Of a DNA stretch of 64,000 bases, positions 25,842 to 35,275 are shown piece after piece. Below the pieces are notes generated by a model. It was given only the letters and a program-made list of their open reading frames with translations. It was not told where the DNA came from and searched no databases. The position numbers and the translations under genes were made by a program. This DNA is from a virus. Taxonomy: Duplodnaviria > Heunggongvirae > Uroviricota > Caudoviricetes. The stretch covers positions 83,467 to 147,466 of the IMG/VR virus record IMGVR_UViG_3300010430_000005; one strand, written 5' to 3'. Within the stretch, counting starts at the first letter, position 1. The number at the start of each line of letters is the position of its first letter.

Positions 25842-26388
25842 AGATATTTGGGTGATCAGTGATACTCACCTGATGCACGAAAACATTTTGAAATTCAAAG
25901 ACAACAACACCGGAAATTTTGTTCGTGGTCATTTGTTTTCAAATGTTGATGAAATGAACGAACACATCCTTGACAAATGGAATTCTGTAGTAAAGCAGGG
26001 CGATATCGTCTACCACTTGGGCGATGTGTTCATTGGCGATAAAGAAAAGTTCAAAAAGATTTGGCCAAAGTTTCATGGCAGAAAGCGTTTGATAGTCGGG
26101 AATCATGATACGATTGACTGGATTAGTTCAGGTAATTTTTTTCAAAAAGTCCAGATGTGGAGAATGTTTCCAGAGTTTGGTTTGGTGCTCAGCCATGTTC
26201 CATTACATGAAAGTAATCTTTTGCGTCTAGTAGATCGAAAAGGCAAGTATCCTGATGATTGTATCACGTTAAAAAATCTTCATGGACATATTCATCAAAA
26301 TCCAAGTCCAGAAGGACCATATCAGAATATGTCAGTCGAAGCAATCAACTACACACCGATGAACATTGATGAACTGAGGATCATGTAA
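25834..26388 (+). CDS. calcineurin-like metallophosphoesterase
   Basis: SDTH, HLGD, GNHD, SH.P, HGHIH. Confidence 0.9.
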   Translation: MSRDIWVISDTHLMHENILKFKDNNTGNFVRGHLFSNVDEMNEHILDKWNSVVKQGDIVYHLGDVFIGDKEKFKKIWPKFHGRKRLIVGNHDTIDWISSGNFFQKVQMWRMFPEFGLVLSHVPLHESNLLRLVDRKGKYPDDCITLKNLHGHIHQNPSPEGPYQNMSVEAINYTPMNIDELRIM

Positions 26389-26573
26389 TGGATCATATGT
26401 TTATACCTCTAGAAGAAGGTGTTCCAGATGGTTGTGTTACATTAGAAATTCTTTATCTGGAAGGCAATAGGGTTGAAAAAACATGTTCTTGTGATATACA
26501 TTGGAATATATATAAAAACGAACCACTTCCCGATTTTTATAGGATATCCATAGAAGAATTGGAGGATGGATGA
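26388..26573 (+). CDS. small hypothetical protein
   Basis: coupled ORF. Confidence 0.55.
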   Translation: MDHMFIPLEEGVPDGCVTLEILYLEGNRVEKTCSCDIHWNIYKNEPLPDFYRISIEELEDG

Positions 26574-26972
26574 GATTATTTCAAAAAGCAAAAGATGGCG
26601 GTCCAGAGTCACCTGTTGATGGATATTTCTTAATTGAAATCAAATCACTTTTTTCTATTGCCTTGTTGAAATTTAATAATGGTGGTAGAGAAAATTACCA
26701 TACACACGCCATTTAATGCATTGACATGGTTCATCAAAGGTGATATGGTCGAACAAGACTATAATGGTGAATATTATGTATATGAACGTAGTATTCTCCC
26801 AAATGTCACACGCAAATCAAAAAACCATCGTGTTGTTGCTATGGCAGATTCATGGTGTTTTACCATACGTGGTCCATGGCAAAAAACTTGGACAGAAGAT
26901 AGCAAAAAAGAAACTATAACATTTACACATGGCAGAAAAGTTGTCAAAACAAGCAGAAAGTGGTTATCATGA
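26570..26972 (+). pseudogene. conserved T4-like cupin-type protein (KDGGPES..RE.YH.HAFNA.TW) with +1 frameshift near 26709
   Basis: HTHA/FNALTWF split by one extra C. Confidence 0.75.
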
Positions 26973-27343
26973 AAATGTATATTGCAGTTTTGGATGAATT
27001 TCCAGATTATATGACTCCTACCCTTGTGGCACATAGTGTTCTTGGTGCTCACCTACATTTTATTAGAACTCATACGGAACTTAGTAGAATAATGGATGAC
27101 GGGCCATATGTATATCCACAATACATTGACTGGCTCAAAAACAGTTTTCGCAAGTGCGTAGTTCGTGTCAACCAAAAAGAATTTGATCGTATTGCCACAC
27201 TACCAAATGTGTATCTTGGTCATGAAAATAACACTCTAGAAGGTAGGAAATCTTGTGCTGTAGTCTGCCCAATGCCAAATGAAGAACTACCAAACGTATT
27301 GAAATTTGCCAAACTATGGCAACCTAAAAAAGAAGGATTATAA
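26969..27343 (+). CDS. Pth2-like (peptidyl-tRNA hydrolase II fold) protein
   Basis: KMYIAV..TLVAHS..W...SFRKCVVRV pattern. Confidence 0.55.
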   Translation: MKMYIAVLDEFPDYMTPTLVAHSVLGAHLHFIRTHTELSRIMDDGPYVYPQYIDWLKNSFRKCVVRVNQKEFDRIATLPNVYLGHENNTLEGRKSCAVVCPMPNEELPNVLKFAKLWQPKKEGL

Positions 27344-27344
27344 A

Positions 27345-27905
27345 ATGGAAGTATTTATCGCCGCAGCTGGTGGCACTTGGTTTGCAATTTTTGCACTGAT
27401 TGTTCTGATTGGAGGAATTGTATCTGCCGAATTCGATAGTTTCTTTGGAGGGACTTTCACGCTTATTGTTGGTCTGCTTGGTGCAGATTTCATTTTCGGA
27501 TACCCTATCGTTGCATCAATCATGGCAAATCCACTTATTGCAATTCTAGCGATTGCTCTTTATAGTCTTATCGGGTCTGCTTATACCGGATTTTGGAAGT
27601 GGCCAGATTACATTCGTAGTAATTCAGACCTAATTGACGCAAAATTCAATGAATGGTTGAGAAAAGATAAACAGAACCATTCTTTTGACGAATTCTTGGA
27701 ATCGGATGAATACAGACCTTTTGGTGCATCTAAAAACAAAGAACGTCTATCTGCATGGGTAATGATGTGGCCATTCTCTATGTTTTGGGAACTATCTCGT
27801 AAACCTGCTATTTGGGTATTCAACACTAGTTACGAAATGCTCGGAAGCACGTTCGAAAGTGTCGGCAAAAGCACTGCCAAGAAAATGCATGAGAAAAGCA
27901 AATGA
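27345..27905 (+). CDS. membrane protein
   Basis: three to four hydrophobic segments. Confidence 0.75.
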   Translation: MEVFIAAAGGTWFAIFALIVLIGGIVSAEFDSFFGGTFTLIVGLLGADFIFGYPIVASIMANPLIAILAIALYSLIGSAYTGFWKWPDYIRSNSDLIDAKFNEWLRKDKQNHSFDEFLESDEYRPFGASKNKERLSAWVMMWPFSMFWELSRKPAIWVFNTSYEMLGSTFESVGKSTAKKMHEKSK

Positions 27906-28117
27906 ACTACAAAATTCATTCAAGGCGGTTGAAATCGGTTTATTCTCCATATACATTCGATCAACTTGATTATGAATGTGAAAAGGGGAAAGAGCATATC
28001 GGTAGGTTTGAATTCGATTATGGATATCCTACCGATATCGACAAAGTTTGGGAACAACGAAACAAAATTCAAGATGAAATTGCGAAAGCATTTGCAGTTC
28101 CAAGGAGTATGTTATGA
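27902..28117 (+). CDS. small protein with capsid-like and portal-like motifs
   Basis: SRRLKSVY and EIAKAFAVPRSML. Confidence 0.6.
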   Translation: MNYKIHSRRLKSVYSPYTFDQLDYECEKGKEHIGRFEFDYGYPTDIDKVWEQRNKIQDEIAKAFAVPRSML

Positions 28118-28174
28118 AAACGTGTTGACTTAGAAAATAAAACCAGTTAATGTTGTGTCAGAAGGAGACACAAC

Positions 28175-28447
28175 ATGTCATACGACACGAACCAACTAGA
28201 AAAAGATATTTGCCTTATTGTTGATACATTTGGCAAGCTAACACCTTTTGGATTTTATACTGTAGGTATCTATGAAGAAGATGATGTCAAACTCATAGAT
28301 ACCTACATTTATGAAAAGTATGTCATGTACAAAGGTGAATTGGTCGACACCCAAAACATAAAGATCAATTCGTACATAGGCAAACTAATTCTAGAAAAAG
28401 CGATTAAAGCAGAAGAAATAAAGGAAGGTTTGCACAAACAAAAATAA
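28175..28447 (+). CDS. hypothetical protein
   Basis: own promoter TTGACT-17-TAATGT; SD and ATG within a 10-bp hairpin. Confidence 0.7.
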   Translation: MSYDTNQLEKDICLIVDTFGKLTPFGFYTVGIYEEDDVKLIDTYIYEKYVMYKGELVDTQNIKINSYIGKLILEKAIKAEEIKEGLHKQK

Positions 28448-28566
28448 AACGAACAGTGAGAAAATAAAAAAAACTATACTATTACTTTCCGCCGTTGTAT
28501 AAACGAGTTTAACACCATTCTCAAATCTGTCAAGCACAAAATAGCCATAAAGAGGAGAAAATTGCC

Positions 28567-28803
28567 ATGTTTTTAACCAACCTCACTCAAGAACAGAAAC
28601 AAATTCTAGAACATATGTGGGCTAAAAACACCAAGGAAGAACTATTCACATGGATTAACAATCGACCTCCCCGAATAAAAAGGGAAGCGTACACCTTATA
28701 TGAAATGTTGATTCTATCTGCTATAGATGAACTGCCCGAAGAACAACTAACTACCCGCAACATCCGGCATCGGGCTAGGTTGGTTCAAAAATATCTCAAA
28801 TAA
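28567..28803 (+). CDS. hypothetical phage protein
   Basis: GAGGAG SD. Confidence 0.7.
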   Translation: MFLTNLTQEQKQILEHMWAKNTKEELFTWINNRPPRIKREAYTLYEMLILSAIDELPEEQLTTRNIRHRARLVQKYLK

Positions 28804-28868
28804 AAGCTAGAATAGTGTTGACACCATTAGCATATAATGTTAGGTATGTTTAACAAAGGAGATACAAC

Positions 28869-29153
28869 ATGAACGTAGCAACTATTATTCGTGACCAGAT
28901 CAAAACACTCGACAAGTGGGCTTTTGGCGCTTGGGGAGCTAAAGAAATGGTGAACACCGGAAACGGCCTGCGCTTCAAAAGTAGCGGAATGGTCAAATGG
29001 AAAGGTTATGTCCATGTTGTTTACGACGAAGGCAATGATCTTTACAATGTTGTTTTCGGTAAGATTCGTAAAATGGAATGGAAAACTGTAAAAGAGGTCA
29101 AAGGCGTATTCGTCGAAGATCTGGTAAATGTAATTGACGCACAAGTGGGCTAA
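28869..29153 (+). CDS. conserved phage protein (AFGAWGAK..GL.F...KWKG.V...YD.G.DLY)
   Basis: motif; AAAGGAG SD. Confidence 0.8.
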   Translation: MNVATIIRDQIKTLDKWAFGAWGAKEMVNTGNGLRFKSSGMVKWKGYVHVVYDEGNDLYNVVFGKIRKMEWKTVKEVKGVFVEDLVNVIDAQVG

Positions 29154-29162
29154 GGAAATAAT

Positions 29163-30335
29163 ATGAAATACGAATTTCCAGAAATCAAAACAATCGACGA
29201 CGTCCTTCCTCATATCGAAGGTCGCAAAGATTTTATCGTTGCCGAGCGAGACTTTGGTTTCGTAATCAACTATAACGTCACACTGCCGGATTCCTTTCCT
29301 CCTATCAAATCTGCAGGTGGGTCGGCCAAAGACCGTGCTGCTCGTCAGCTAACTGCAAAGATGCGTCGTGAATGCCGAGGCATTAAGTTTTACCCTGACG
29401 GCAAAATTGCAGCACGTACAATGCAGAAGTTCTTCAACGTCAACGAAAAAGACGAGACCCAATTCAAAAATATCGACCTGTCGGAGAATCACGTTATTCT
29501 AGACAAGCTGGACGGATCTATGATTCATCCTATCCTGCACAAAGGCAAGGTTCGTCTATGTACAAAAATGGGCTTCACGGAAATCGCCGAAGATGCTGAG
29601 AAGTGGCTGCGCGATAAAACTCGAATCACTACAGAATGGCTTTATGATCGACTGTCGGCAGGTATCACCGACACTTTCGAGTGGACATCACCTAATAACC
29701 GTATTGTTGTGTCGTACGACGAACCTATGCTAACTCTACTAGCATCGAGGGAGAACATTAGCGGTAAATACGTTGTTCCGGAATGGTGTCCTTTTGAGGT
29801 GGTCAAATCATATGGGTCTGCTAAAGAAATCCGGGATTTTGTAGATTCGGTTAAAGACCAAAAAGGCATTGAGGGATTCATTGGTCGTTTCTCTGATGGA
29901 CATATGTTTAAGATCAAGACTGATGAGTACGTCTTTATCCATAAGACTCTCGACAATATTCGTTTTGACCGTCATATTGTGGACGCTATCTTGAAGGGAG
30001 AGATTGACGACACTGTTTCAAAACTTCCCGAGCAAGATCAAAACCATGTCCGCGAGTTTGAAAAACATTTCTGGAAGGCATTTGAACAGAAAGAAAATAG
30101 GCTGTATGGTCTTCGTATTCGAGCTCAGCAATCGTATAACGATGACCGCAAGCGAATCGCAATTGACATGATTCCTAATCTTGAAAATAAGGCCGACGCA
30201 TCTTTTGTCTTTCGAATGATTGACGGGCATGACCTCAGGAATATGATGCTGGAACACATTAAACAAAATACCAACACCAATGTTAAATGGGACGCATGTG
30301 CTATTTGGATGGGTATGGAAAAGAAAACTACATGA
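29163..30335 (+). CDS. rnlA: RNA ligase, T4 Rnl1 family
   Basis: RECRGI.F..KFFN..E, KLDGSMI, FEW, EGF..FKIKT. Confidence 0.88.
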   Translation: MKYEFPEIKTIDDVLPHIEGRKDFIVAERDFGFVINYNVTLPDSFPPIKSAGGSAKDRAARQLTAKMRRECRGIKFYPDGKIAARTMQKFFNVNEKDETQFKNIDLSENHVILDKLDGSMIHPILHKGKVRLCTKMGFTEIAEDAEKWLRDKTRITTEWLYDRLSAGITDTFEWTSPNNRIVVSYDEPMLTLLASRENISGKYVVPEWCPFEVVKSYGSAKEIRDFVDSVKDQKGIEGFIGRFSDGHMFKIKTDEYVFIHKTLDNIRFDRHIVDAILKGEIDDTVSKLPEQDQNHVREFEKHFWKAFEQKENRLYGLRIRAQQSYNDDRKRIAIDMIPNLENKADASFVFRMIDGHDLRNMMLEHIKQNTNTNVKWDACAIWMGMEKKTT

Positions 30336-30350
30336 AAGGCCATTTATTAA

Positions 30351-30641
30351 ATGAGCACAGATCTAAGCATTAGAGACGAAGCTGTAAATAAGTTTTTTGA
30401 CCCGGGAGAGAATTTCGAAGTATTCACAAAAGTGGTCCGCGATATTCGTCCTAGTTATGGCGAGTTGGAAGTATATGACGTGTCTTTGGGTGTCGAAGAA
30501 GATTTAAGTATGTCTATGATGGCCGGAAAGTTTGAAAACGGTATCTTAGTAGAAGATCCAATCGAGGTGGTTTTATCGAAGGTGTGGTTTGCCGAGTACC
30601 TAATCGAAAAAGATGTTGACTTGCCCGAAATAACTCTTTAA
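30351..30641 (+). CDS. acidic hypothetical protein
   Basis: ORF between genes. Confidence 0.55.
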   Translation: MSTDLSIRDEAVNKFFDPGENFEVFTKVVRDIRPSYGELEVYDVSLGVEEDLSMSMMAGKFENGILVEDPIEVVLSKVWFAEYLIEKDVDLPEITL

Positions 30642-30668
30642 GTTAAAGACAACAAAAGGAGTTACAAG

Positions 30669-31013
30669 ATGACAGAGACATTTAACTTTTTGGTCAGAAT
30701 CGAAAAAGGCGCAGTCAACAGCGGTAAAGATGTTACCTTCGCAATTGTACCTGTCGAAGTTGCTTCTAACATTATGTACAACGACATTCGCATTCAAATC
30801 GAAGATGCTCTCGCCGACATTAAACCGGCCGGACATTTCCATAGTGTGATTGCTAATTGGCAAGGTGATCTTATGTCGGCATTAGAAGAGGCATCTCGCA
30901 ATGCTTCCGAAGGCAAATTTCTCCCCGCTATTATGGCAGAACACAGAAACAAAGTAAAAGAGCTAGTAAAAGCTGTGGACATTTGCTACGAAAATAAGGT
31001 ATTGGAACTGTGA
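30669..31013 (+). CDS. hypothetical protein
   Basis: AAGGAG SD. Confidence 0.7.
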   Translation: MTETFNFLVRIEKGAVNSGKDVTFAIVPVEVASNIMYNDIRIQIEDALADIKPAGHFHSVIANWQGDLMSALEEASRNASEGKFLPAIMAEHRNKVKELVKAVDICYENKVLEL

Positions 31014-32236
31014 TGAAAACTTACTTGGTCGGAGGTGCGGTGCGAGACATGCTAATGGGTGTCGCATCTAAAGATAAAGATTATGTTGTTGTTGGTGCGA
31101 CACAAGAAGATATGCTAGACTTGGGATTTACGAAGGTGGGTGCAGACTTTCCTGTTTTCTTTAGTTACGGCGGCCAAGAATATGCTCTTGCTCGTCGCGA
31201 AAAGAAAACAGGAAAAGGTTACTTGGGTTTCGAATCTGAGTTTGGTGTTGATGTTACCCTCGAAGAGGATTTGTCGAGGAGAGATCTTACGATGAACTCT
31301 ATCGCATTCCATGTAGATGGTTATGCAGGATACATCGATCCCTTTAACGGAGAAGATGATATTCGCAACAAAGTTCTTCGCCACACGTCTGATGCATTTC
31401 AGGAAGATCCGGTTCGTGTACTTCGACTGGCTCGGTTTAAGGCTCGCCTTGGGCCCGATTGGACTGTAGCTCCAGAGACAAAGGAAATGGTCTACAATAT
31501 GGCCAAAAAGGGTGTATTGGATGAGCTCCAGGCAGAGCGAGTTTGGAAAGAAATGAGTCGTGCGCTTATGGAGGATCATCCGCGCCTATTCTTCGACACT
31601 CTGCTAGAGTGCGATGCTCTGCATGTAGTGTTCCCCGAAATCTATCGGCTCAAGACCGCACTTGAATCTATTCGTTGGCACCCGGAAGGTGACGCATTTG
31701 AGCATACGATGTTGGTCCTGACACAAGCCGCAAAAATGGGGTATGGTCTAGAGGATCGTATGGCTGCTCTTTGTCATGATTTCGGAAAAGGTCTTACTAG
31801 TCGCGACAAACTTCCAAGGCATTACGGTCACGACGTTAACGGCGTTGCTGTTGTTGATGCTTTTTGCGATAGGCTGAAAGTACCTTCGAAGATGCGAGAC
31901 CGTCTCAAAAAGGCGACGCGGTACCACATGTATATGCATCGGCTTGACGAACTCAATTCAAAGACTTTTGTTAAGATGTTCTCCGATATGGATGCTTGGC
32001 GAGACCCGGATGTTGTTGTTACTCTTTGGCGCCTAGGCATTTGCGATGAGCGCGGGCGACTGGGTTCCGAAAATAACAACGTAGGTCACCTGAAAAAGAT
32101 TGTGGATATCTTTTCTGCTGCTAACGATGTTAAATTTGGCGATGTTTTCCCGAATGGAGAAACAAACCCAAATAAGATCAAAGAAGGCATGAGAAAAGCG
32201 AGAACTGTCGCAGTCTCGAATGTGCGAAAAAAGTAA
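31010..32236 (+). CDS. cca: multifunctional CCA-adding tRNA nucleotidyltransferase with HD domain
   Basis: YLVGGAVRD..D.DYVV, ALARRE, DLSRRDLTMN, EDPVRVLR, WHPEGD, HDFGK. Confidence 0.95.
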   Translation: MMKTYLVGGAVRDMLMGVASKDKDYVVVGATQEDMLDLGFTKVGADFPVFFSYGGQEYALARREKKTGKGYLGFESEFGVDVTLEEDLSRRDLTMNSIAFHVDGYAGYIDPFNGEDDIRNKVLRHTSDAFQEDPVRVLRLARFKARLGPDWTVAPETKEMVYNMAKKGVLDELQAERVWKEMSRALMEDHPRLFFDTLLECDALHVVFPEIYRLKTALESIRWHPEGDAFEHTMLVLTQAAKMGYGLEDRMAALCHDFGKGLTSRDKLPRHYGHDVNGVAVVDAFCDRLKVPSKMRDRLKKATRYHMYMHRLDELNSKTFVKMFSDMDAWRDPDVVVTLWRLGICDERGRLGSENNNVGHLKKIVDIFSAANDVKFGDVFPNGETNPNKIKEGMRKARTVAVSNVRKK

Positions 32237-32250
32237 ATCTTTTGAAATGG

Positions 32251-32309
32251 CTACAATATGTTGTGGTTTTTAAGTCGAATTTGCACCAAAAAACCACAAC
32301 ATATAGTGT
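32251..32309. promoter_or_regulatory. tandem NrdR-box-like operators
   Basis: CTACAATATGTTGTGG (32251-32266) and CCACAACATATAGTGT (32294-32309), 43 bp apart; consensus acaCwAtATaTwGtgt. Confidence 0.75.
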
Positions 32310-32367
32310 TGTCAAAAAGTCATGTATAATTACACACGAAAATGAGAAAACAGAGAAAACGGAGAAA

Positions 32368-32733
32368 ATGATGAAACAAGAGCTAAAAGATCTGTCAATG
32401 AAGCTACGTAAAGATCGGTCTCCTTTGGCGTCGACGGTTGTGTTTCACTTGTCGGAAGTAGCTAAGATCGGCAAAGCAAAAAATCGAGAAACGACCGACG
32501 ACGAAGCGCTGCAATACGTCAAAAAGGCAGTACAAAAACTGAAAGAGAACGAGTTTTCAAACAAAGACGAACTCCTTATGCTCGAGACACTTATGCCAAA
32601 AATGGCAAGCGAAGCCGAAGTTAAGGCGTTCTTGGATTCTATCGACACTTCAAACAAAGGTGCGGTTATGAAAGCTGTCAAGGAAAAGTTTGGCGTTATG
32701 GTCGATATGAAAATGGTAGCGGGGATGCTGTAA
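32368..32733 (+). CDS. GatB/YqeY-like domain protein
   Basis: TDDEALQYVKK..E..L....P.M.SEAEV..NKGAVMKA. Confidence 0.7.
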   Translation: MMKQELKDLSMKLRKDRSPLASTVVFHLSEVAKIGKAKNRETTDDEALQYVKKAVQKLKENEFSNKDELLMLETLMPKMASEAEVKAFLDSIDTSNKGAVMKAVKEKFGVMVDMKMVAGML

Positions 32734-33134
32734 TGGATCCTATTCTTTACATTATTATGCGTAGCGATATCTCGGACATGAATCCCGGCAAACTGGCGGC
32801 TCAGGCAGCACATGTTGCTAGTGATTTCGAGATGTGGGTTAAGTTTATCGAGAGTCAAGACGGATACGGTGAGCTGCTAGGTGAGATTCATAAGTGGCGA
32901 GAAGGCGCGTCAACTTGCGGTACCACGATATGCTTGTCGGCTACTCGGGAAGAAATTCAAGATACCGTGAAAAAAGTGTGCTTTTCTCGAGAGTTCGTAG
33001 ACCCTACATATCCTTGGGAAAACTGGTACGGAGAATCGTTTCTTTCAAGTGAGATGACAGGTGCTTGGGTTTTTGTGTGCGAAGAAAACTCGGAAGACTT
33101 GGATGTAACAAAAAAGTTCGCCCTGCATTATTAA
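32733..33134 (+). CDS. Pth2-family peptidyl-tRNA hydrolase-like protein
   Basis: LYIIMRSD..MNPGKLAAQAAHV. Confidence 0.75.
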   Translation: MDPILYIIMRSDISDMNPGKLAAQAAHVASDFEMWVKFIESQDGYGELLGEIHKWREGASTCGTTICLSATREEIQDTVKKVCFSREFVDPTYPWENWYGESFLSSEMTGAWVFVCEENSEDLDVTKKFALHY

Positions 33135-33208
33135 CAAGAAAGTTGTTGACTAGAGGCTGCGTTTGTTTTATGTTTGTTTGTAACATTAAAACAAACGCAG
33201 GTGAAAAA

Positions 33209-33763
33209 ATGAAAATCACTACAGCAATTAAAGGCTTTATTTCTGCAGGTGTTACGGCGGGCATGGTAGCTACTTATTTTACTGCCCCAGAAAATGCTTA
33301 TGCCAACACTTCTTCAAATGAAGATTTCGAAATGGGTGTCGAATTGAGCGACAAAAGCCTAAACTGTATGGCAAAAAATATCTATTTTGAAGCGCGTTCG
33401 GAAAGCGACGAGGGGCAGAAAGCAGTTGCTTGGGTTACACTAAACCGCGTTAATGATACAAAATATCCAGACACTGTTTGTGGTGTTGTGTACCAAGCAA
33501 AGAAAGATTCGTCTGGCAACTTGATTAGGCATAAATGTCAATTCAGCTGGTACTGCGATGGTAAGTCGGACAAGATTGTCGACAAGAAAGCCTGGGCCAA
33601 AGCTAAGGCCATAGCAATTAACGTTGCTGATATGTACCACAAAGAATACGACCCCACTAGCGGTGCTATCATGTACCATGTAGAAACTGTGAAACCTTAT
33701 TGGCGCACAGCATACGCACAAACGACACAGATCGAGGCGCATATCTTTTACGCCTACAAGTAA
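33209..33763 (+). CDS. SleB-like cell wall hydrolase
   Basis: CMAKNIYFEARSE..AVAWV.LNRV..YP.TVCGVVYQ..CQFSWYCDG; signal anchor. Confidence 0.92.
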   Translation: MKITTAIKGFISAGVTAGMVATYFTAPENAYANTSSNEDFEMGVELSDKSLNCMAKNIYFEARSESDEGQKAVAWVTLNRVNDTKYPDTVCGVVYQAKKDSSGNLIRHKCQFSWYCDGKSDKIVDKKAWAKAKAIAINVADMYHKEYDPTSGAIMYHVETVKPYWRTAYAQTTQIEAHIFYAYK

Positions 33764-33780
33764 AAAAGTATGAGGAATAA

Positions 33781-35112
33781 ATGATAGAACTAATTAATGA
33801 GTTGAATGAAAGTAACTCGTCCCTACATAAAATTGACGTCCTTAAGAAATATAAAGACAACGAGCTAGCCAAAAGAATTTTGAAGTTGGCTTATGATCGC
33901 GCTTCATACACATACGGTGTGTCTTTTAACACGCATTGGAAGGACGAGGACTTCTCCTTTAACGGTAACGGTTCTCTGGGGGATGCTCTAGATTTCCTAG
34001 AGCAAAAGTTGGCGACTCGAGAATTGACAGGACACGCAGCCATCGAAGCAACATTCGACACTCTAAATTCTTTGAGTCACGATGATTTCGTTATTGTTAA
34101 AGGTGTACTTAACAGAGACCTGAAAGTAAATGTAGGTCGCACCGTAATCAATAAAGTAATGAAAAACTTGATCGTTAAGCCGGCATATATGCGTTGTGGG
34201 TTATTCGACAAAAAATCCACAAAAAAGATCGAGTTTCCTGCTGTTATTCAACTGAAAGCTGACGGTACATATCGAGAAGCTCTTGTTGAGAACGGTAAAG
34301 TATCATTCACATCTCGCTCGGGAATCACTTATGAATACCCAATTCTCGAAAGTCAGCTTTCGAAGGCTCCTTCTGGGTATTATTTTGGTGAGTTAGTTGT
34401 AGAAGGCACTACCAACAGAGCCGAAAGCAACGGCATGATTAATTCGGACACTCCGCCACACGACAAGATCATCTTCCATGTTTGGGATTTTGTCGAACAA
34501 GACGAGTATGTGGCCGCAAAATCTCGAGATAAGAAGAATGTGCCTACTACGCCGTATTCGACACGATTCGTAACTCTGAAATCTATTGTGGATGTTGCAA
34601 ATCTAAGTAACGTTAAGGTGATTGAGTCGCATGAGGTAAATAACCCACAAGAAGCAATGGTTTGGGTCGCCGAATGGATGAATGCTGGTCTTGAGGGCGG
34701 AGTACTAAAAGACAAGCGAGGTGTGTTCAAAGATGGCACAAGTCCGCACCAACTTAAAATGAAACTCGACATTGAGATCGAGGTTCGTGTGTCAGGCTTC
34801 CGCGAAGGCACTCCGGGTACTGTGCGCGAAAAGACATTTGGCGCTATACTTTTCGAGACTGACGATGGTATGATTAAAGGTTCTACTAGCGGGTTTAGCG
34901 ATGCGCAGCTAAAAGACTTCAATTCTAGGCGTCAAGAAATTATAGGTAAGGTAATGACTGTTCGTTGTAACGATATCACGCGTGGTTCTGGCAGCGACCA
35001 TTATGCTTTGTCGCATCCTAGATTCATCGAATTTAGAGACGACAAGGACGAAACAGATACTATTGATCGTGCATTCGAGGCAAAGAAAATGGCAATGGAG
35101 CTTAAATTTTGA
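33781..35112 (+). CDS. gp30: ATP-dependent DNA ligase (T4 gp30-like)
   Basis: QLKADG, FGELV, WD, EGGVLK, LKMK, HPRF. Confidence 0.93.
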   Translation: MIELINELNESNSSLHKIDVLKKYKDNELAKRILKLAYDRASYTYGVSFNTHWKDEDFSFNGNGSLGDALDFLEQKLATRELTGHAAIEATFDTLNSLSHDDFVIVKGVLNRDLKVNVGRTVINKVMKNLIVKPAYMRCGLFDKKSTKKIEFPAVIQLKADGTYREALVENGKVSFTSRSGITYEYPILESQLSKAPSGYYFGELVVEGTTNRAESNGMINSDTPPHDKIIFHVWDFVEQDEYVAAKSRDKKNVPTTPYSTRFVTLKSIVDVANLSNVKVIESHEVNNPQEAMVWVAEWMNAGLEGGVLKDKRGVFKDGTSPHQLKMKLDIEIEVRVSGFREGTPGTVREKTFGAILFETDDGMIKGSTSGFSDAQLKDFNSRRQEIIGKVMTVRCNDITRGSGSDHYALSHPRFIEFRDDKDETDTIDRAFEAKKMAMELKF

Positions 35113-35275
35113 TAGACAAAACAGACTATGAGTTGTATGTTATTCGAGGAGAAGAGTCTGTTCTCATTTATCGTTCTCAATCTTTGGAAGAAATTGTCAG
35201 GATGAAATCCAAATCATCCCACCATCACAAGATTGTCGAGCGAAAAATATCTTATAAAGAAATTAAGGAGTGAAT

